Positions 58,901 through 64,000 of a DNA stretch of 64,000 bases are shown here, in pieces (positions within the stretch are counted from its first letter, which is position 1; each line of letters opens with the position of its first letter). Source of the DNA: an uncultured delta proteobacterium (GTDB lineage Bacteria > Desulfobacterota > Binatia > DP-6); the NCBI GenBank assembly GCA_963815115.1, contig CAWFFN010000005.1, positions 384,001-448,000 on the forward strand, written 5' to 3'. The notes under the pieces were generated by a model. The model made no database searches. It worked only from the letters and a program-made list of their open reading frames with translations, and was not told the origin of the DNA. The translations under genes were made by a program, and so were the position numbers.

Positions 58901-61900
58901 TCCTGGTGCCGTTCGGCTACACGACGCCCAACCCGATCGTGAACACGACGACAGTGTCCAGCGCCACGCCGGATCCCAACCAGGGCAACAACACCGCCAC
59001 GGCGCAGACGCCGGTCAACATCAACGCCGACGTGGCCGTCGCGAAGGTCGCCACGCCGACGAGCCTGCTGGTCGGCGAGACGGTGACGCTGTTCATCAAC
59101 GTGCGGAACAACGGTCCCAACCGTGCCAGCGGCGTCGTCATCACCGACGTCCTGCAGGCCGGCCTGAGCTTCATCTCGGCGTCGCCTCAGCAGGGCACGT
59201 ACGTGCCGTCCTCGGGACAGTGGTTCGTGGGAACCCTCGAGAACGGGGGCTCGGCGCTGCTCACCATCATGGCGGAGGTGACCCAGGCAGGGACGATCTC
59301 GAACATCGCCACCAAGAGCGCCGCCAACGAGCCCGACCCCAACACGAGCAACGACACCGCGGCCGCCTCGATCAATGCGGCGCCGGCGGCGGACATCGCG
59401 GTGCAGAAGACCGTCGACCGCTCGACGCCCGCGGTCGGGGAGATGGTGAGCTTCACGGTCACGGTGACGAACCAGGGACCGAGCGACGCCACGGGCATCG
59501 TGCTGCAGGACACCCTCCCGGCCGGGCTCACCCTGACGTCCTCGACGCCGTCGCAGGGAACCTACGTTCCGGGGACGGGCACGTGGAGCGTCGGTGACGT
59601 GGCGCTCGACGGGTCCGCGACGCTGACGCTGGTCGCGTCGGTGAACACGACCGGAATACTCGTCAACACGGCGCGCAAGACCGCGCAGGACCAGACCGAC
59701 CCGAACCCCGCCAACGATCAGAGCAGCGTCTCGCTCAACGCCACGACGCTGGCCGACATCCAGGTCACCAAGGCGATCAGCAACCCCGCGCCGGCGGTGG
59801 GCGAGCAGGTGACCTTCACGGTGACGGCGACCAACCTCGGCCCCAGCCCGGCCACGGGGGTCGTGCTCACCGACCAGCTGCCCGCGGGCCTCGCCTTCGT
59901 GTCGGCGACCCCGTCGCAGGGAACCTACGTCTCGGCGACGGGAGTGTGGACGGTGGGGAGCATCGCCGCCACCCAGTCGGCCGTGCTCTCCATCACGGCC
60001 CGCGTCACGCAGCCGGGAACGTTCACCAACACGGCGACCAAGACCGCGGCCAACGAGCCGGATCCGAACCCGGCCAACGACTCGGGGAGCGCCTCGGGAA
60101 CGGCGAGCCTGGTGGCCGACCTCACGATCACCAAGGCGGCCGGCCTGCCCGCGGTGGTCGCCGGCGGCACCGTCGACTACGCCATCACGGTCACCAACAA
60201 CGGTCCGAGCGACGTGACGGGCGCAGCGGTGGCGGATGTGTTCCCCGCTCCCACCCTTACCGGCGTCACCTGGAGCTGCATGTCGGCGGGTGGCGCGTGC
60301 GGTGCGGCGAGCGGTGCGGGCGACATCATGACCACCGTCGATCTGCCGGCGGGCGCCTCGGCCGTGTTCGCCGTGACCGGCTCGGTCGCGGCGGACGCCA
60401 CGGGCACGCTCGTCAACACTGCCACCGTGACGCCCCCCTCCGGTACGACGGATCCCAATCTCGCCAACAACACCGCCACCGCCAGCACGCCGATCCTGGC
60501 CTTGGCCGACGTGGCGGTGACGAAGGTCGGCCCGCAGAAGGTGATCGCCGGGAACCCGCTGGTCTTCACGATCGAGGTGACCAACAACGGCCCGTCGGTG
60601 GCCACCAACGTGACCGTCGACGACATGACGCCTCCCGGGCTGACGTTCGTGTCCAATACGGGCGACTGCACCACGCCGTTCCAGTGCTCCCTGGGGACCA
60701 TGGCGCCCAACACGAGCCGGATCATCACGTCGACCTTCATGGTGCCGGCCGGCTACACCACTCCCGACCCGATCGTGAACGTGGTGACCGCGATGAGCCA
60801 GACCGTCGACCCCGCTCCGGGGAACAACACGGCCCAGGCCGCGGTCAGCCTGAACGCGCCGGTGGCCGCGCTGGCGGTGACAAAGTCGGACGGGAAGACG
60901 CAAGGTGATAGCGGGCACCACGACCGTCTACACGATCACGGTGAGCAACCCGGGACCCAGTGACGTGACGGGCGTGCACGTGACGGACCCGCTCCCGGCG
61001 GCGCTCGTGAATGCGAGCTGGACGTGTAGCGCGAGCGGCGGCGGAAGCTGCACCGCTGCCAGCGGCACGGGATCGATCGACACCACCGTGGCGCTGCCCG
61101 TGGGCGCCGTCGCCACCTTCCTGCTGACGGCGACGGTCGCGCAGGACGCCCAGGGACTGGTGAGCAACACGGTGACGGCGCAGAATCCGCCGAATTTCGG
61201 CAGTCCCTCGAGCGCATCCGCCACGGATACGAACGTGGTGACCCGGCAAGCGGACCTGTCGATCACGAAATCGGGCCCGGCAACACCGGTGGTGCCGGCA
61301 AACCAGGCCGTCTACACGATCGTCGTGACGAATGGCGGTCCGTCGGCCGCGACGGACGTGGTGGTGACGGACCCGACGCCGCAGGGTCTCACCTTCGTTT
61401 CCAACTCGGGCGGTTGCACGACGCCGTTCCCGTGCGACCTCGGCGTGCTCGCGTTCGGTGCGCCGCAAAGACCATCACCACGACGTACCTCGTGCCCCCC
61501 GGCTACACGACGCCCAACCCGATCGTCGAGACCGCCACCGTGTCGAGCCCCGTCCCCGACCCGACCCCGGACAACAACAGCGCTACGGTGATGACGCCGG
61601 TCGACACGAACGCCGATGTGGAGGTGACGAAGTTCGTCGCGCCGACATCGGGCATCCTCGTCGGTGAGACCGTCACGTTCACCGTGGTCGTCCGCAATCA
61701 CGGACCGAACTCGGCGACCGCGGTGGTGATCACGGACGTCCTTCCGGCGGGCCTGATGCTCGTCTCGGCGTCGCCCTCCCAGGGCGCATACTTCCCCGGG
61801 ACTGGCGAGTGGGTGCTGCCGAGCCTGGCGCTGGACCAGGAGGAGGAGCTGGTGCTCCAGACCCTGGTGACGCTGCCCGGCGACATCACCAACCTCGCCG

Positions 61901-64000
61901 TCCGGACGGGCGGCAACGAGCCCGACCCCAACCCGGGGAACGATTCCGGCGCCGCCACCATCAACGCGGCGGCGGCAGCCGACGTCGCGCTCCAGAAGAC
62001 GGTGGATCGTGCCCAGCCGTCCGTCGGCGAGACAGTCGCGTTCACCGTGACCGCGACCAACCGCGGCCCGAGCTCGGCAACAGGTGTCTTCGTGGAGGAT
62101 ACCTTGCCGGCGGGGCTCACGCTGGTGACGGCGACGCCCTCGCAAGGAACCACCTACGACGCCGGAGCGGGCGCGTGGACGGTCGGGGATCTCGCGCTGT
62201 CGGCATCCGCGACGCTGACGCTGGTCGCGTCCGTGAACACGACCGGCGTACTGGTCAACGAAGCGAGGAAGACGGCGCAGAACGAGGTCGACCCGAACCC
62301 GCTCAACGACGTGGCGGAAGCGTTGATCAACGCCATCGCGACGGCGGATATCGGGATCGGCAAGGCGATCAGCACGCAGACGCCGGCGGTCGGCGGGGAC
62401 GTGACCTTCACCGTGACTGCCACGAACTTCGGGCCGAGCCCGGCCACGGGCATCGTGGTCACCGACCCGCTGCCCGCGGGCTTGACGTTCGTGTCGGCGA
62501 TGCCCTCGCAAGGCACCTACGATCAGACGAGCGGCGAGTGGACGGTCGGCGATCTGGCGGCCACGCGTACGGCCCTGCTCTCCGTCACGGCACGGGTGAC
62601 CCAGATCGGCCCGTTCACCAACACGGCCACCCGGACCGCGGGCAACGAACCCGATCCCAACCCCGACAACGACAGCGCCAGCGTGTCGGCCGTCGCGCGC
62701 CTCGTCGCCGACCTCTCCATCACCAAGACGGACGGTCAGACCACCGCCTTCCCCGGCCAGGTCCTGACCTACACGATCACGGTGCACAACGCGGGACCGA
62801 GCCCGGTGGTGGGTGCCTCGGTCACCGACACGTTCCCTGCGCAGCTGGGACCCGTCACGTGGACGTGCGCCGCGACAGCCGGCGGGAGCTGCGGGGCGGC
62901 CAGCGGGTCGGCGCCCATCGCGACCACCGTCAATCTGCCCGCGGGCGCCGACGCGACGATCCTCGCCACCGGAACCGTCAACCCGGCAGCCACGGGCATC
63001 GTGACGAACACGGCCAGCGTCCGCACCCCCGAGGGGACCAGCGATCCCGACCCGACCAACAACGACGACACCGACGTGACGGCCCTGACACCCTCGGCGA
63101 ATCTGGCCATCACCAAGAGCGGCCCGGCGAGCGCCATCGCGGGGGCGAACGTCGTCTACACCCTCGTCGTCACGAACGCGGGTCCCTCGATCGCGAACGA
63201 CGTGTCCGTGACGGATCCGACGCCCCCCGGGCTGGTCTTCCTGTCGAATGCCGGCGACTGTACGACGCCGTTCCCGTGCGCCCTCGGCGATCTCGGCCCC
63301 GGCGAGTCCCGCACCATCATGGCGACCTTCACCGTGGTGCCGGGAAGCATGCTTGTTCTCAACACGGCGACGGTGGCGAGTCCCACGCCCGACCCCAACC
63401 TCGACGACAACACCGCCGAGGCGACCCTGGTCGTCGTTCCGACGGCGGATCTGGCGGTCACCAAGACCGGTCCGGCAACGGCGACGGTCGATTCGACCGC
63501 GACCTATACCATCGGCGTCACCAACAACGGCCCGAACCCCGCACTCGCTGCCGTTCTCACCGATACCGTACCGGCCGGCGCCGAGCTGGTCTCGGCGACG
63601 GCGAGCCAGGGAGGCTGTACCGGCGCGACGCTGGTCACCTGCACGCTGGGTGCCCTCACGGCCGGGCAGTCGGTCACCGTCAGCGTGACGGTGCACATCC
63701 TCCCGTCGGCGACGGGCGCGCTCGTCGACACCGCCACGGTGAGCAGCCCGACGCCGGATCCCATGCTGTCGAACAACACCGCGACGGCGACGACGATCGT
63801 CAGGGCGCAGGCGGACCTCGCGCTCACGAAGGCCGTCAACCCGACCCAGGTGGAGGTCGGACAGGGCTTCACCTACACGCTCACGGTGACCAACAGAGGC
63901 CCGAGCCCGGCGACCGATGTGACGGTCACCGATGAATTGCCGGCCGGGGTGACGGTCGGAACCGTCGTGGCCTCACAGGGGACCTGTGCGCTCGCGGGAG
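55912..64000 (+). CDS. Giant secreted DUF11 (Ig-like) repeat surface protein, >2690 aa, with apparent frameshifts at ~60903 and ~61460; runs off the right edge
   Basis: Signal peptide (AVALVLVLLGATAAHA) and a ~350-aa N-terminal domain, then ~120-aa repeats ADxxVTK...YTITVTNxGPSxA...DPxxxNN. Reading goes frame 1, then ORF 60905, then frame 1 again from 61471, open to the end. Confidence 0.9.
57925..63099 (+). repeat. Two copies of a 7-domain super-repeat (~2.58 kb), followed by the start of a third
   Basis: Equivalent domain starts at 57925, 60508 and 63100; GCGGTCAGCCTGAACGCGCC recurs at 58258 and 60841 (2583 nt apart). Confidence 0.82.

Noticed and set aside
55618-60921. 1767-aa minus-strand ORF (and 61312..63696) antisense to the DUF11 gene
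   Set aside because: Arg/Gly/His-rich shadow of a high-GC coding strand with no recognisable domain.
60901-61470. Programmed frameshifting or phase variation in the adhesin gene
   Set aside because: No slippery sequence or simple-sequence tract; the same error type occurs in unrelated genes of the window.
57100-64000. Recurrent short DNA motifs (CCCGACCCCAAC, ACCAACAACGGTCC-like) that could mimic a CRISPR or other array
   Set aside because: They are in-frame, degenerate at third positions and spaced ~370 nt apart, so they are protein domain repeats; no cas genes are present.

Overview
This is a very GC-rich (roughly 70% by eye) bacterial chromosomal window; the gene repertoire suggests a Binatia/deltaproteobacterial-type lineage, which is inference. 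I saw no rRNA, tRNA, CRISPR array or mobile element. The left ~22 kb is an unusual lipid/type II polyketide locus. Its minus-strand run is ino1 - small orphan - PaaK-like adenylating enzyme - non-catalytic KS - ACP - 3-hydroxyacyl-CoA dehydrogenase - enoyl-CoA hydratase - KS - TetR - ACP - FabZ - FabF - non-catalytic FabF - phytoene-desaturase-like flavoprotein - three tandem cobalamin-binding radical SAM enzymes, and it continues off the left edge. The ACP-FabZ-FabF-FabF(mut)-desaturase-B12 rSAM order matches, as I recall it, the anammox-specific cluster proposed for ladderane synthesis, yet this genome does not look like anammox. Next to it are a divergent ABC exporter with an MlaC-like lipid carrier and an MBOAT / 41-aa FIYxxF peptide / SGNH (Dlt-like) acyl relay. 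The middle holds lipid/steroid-type catabolic genes, two of which share a palindromic operator, a PHM-like copper monooxygenase with the CuM Met replaced by His, and pstSCAB with a Pho box. The right part holds a sigma54 two-component system driving a czcCBA-like efflux operon with tandem duplicated RND genes, then LLM and tesB, then a giant DUF11 surface protein with a 7-domain super-repeat that runs off the right edge. Four small insertion-type frameshifts look like long-read sequencing errors.
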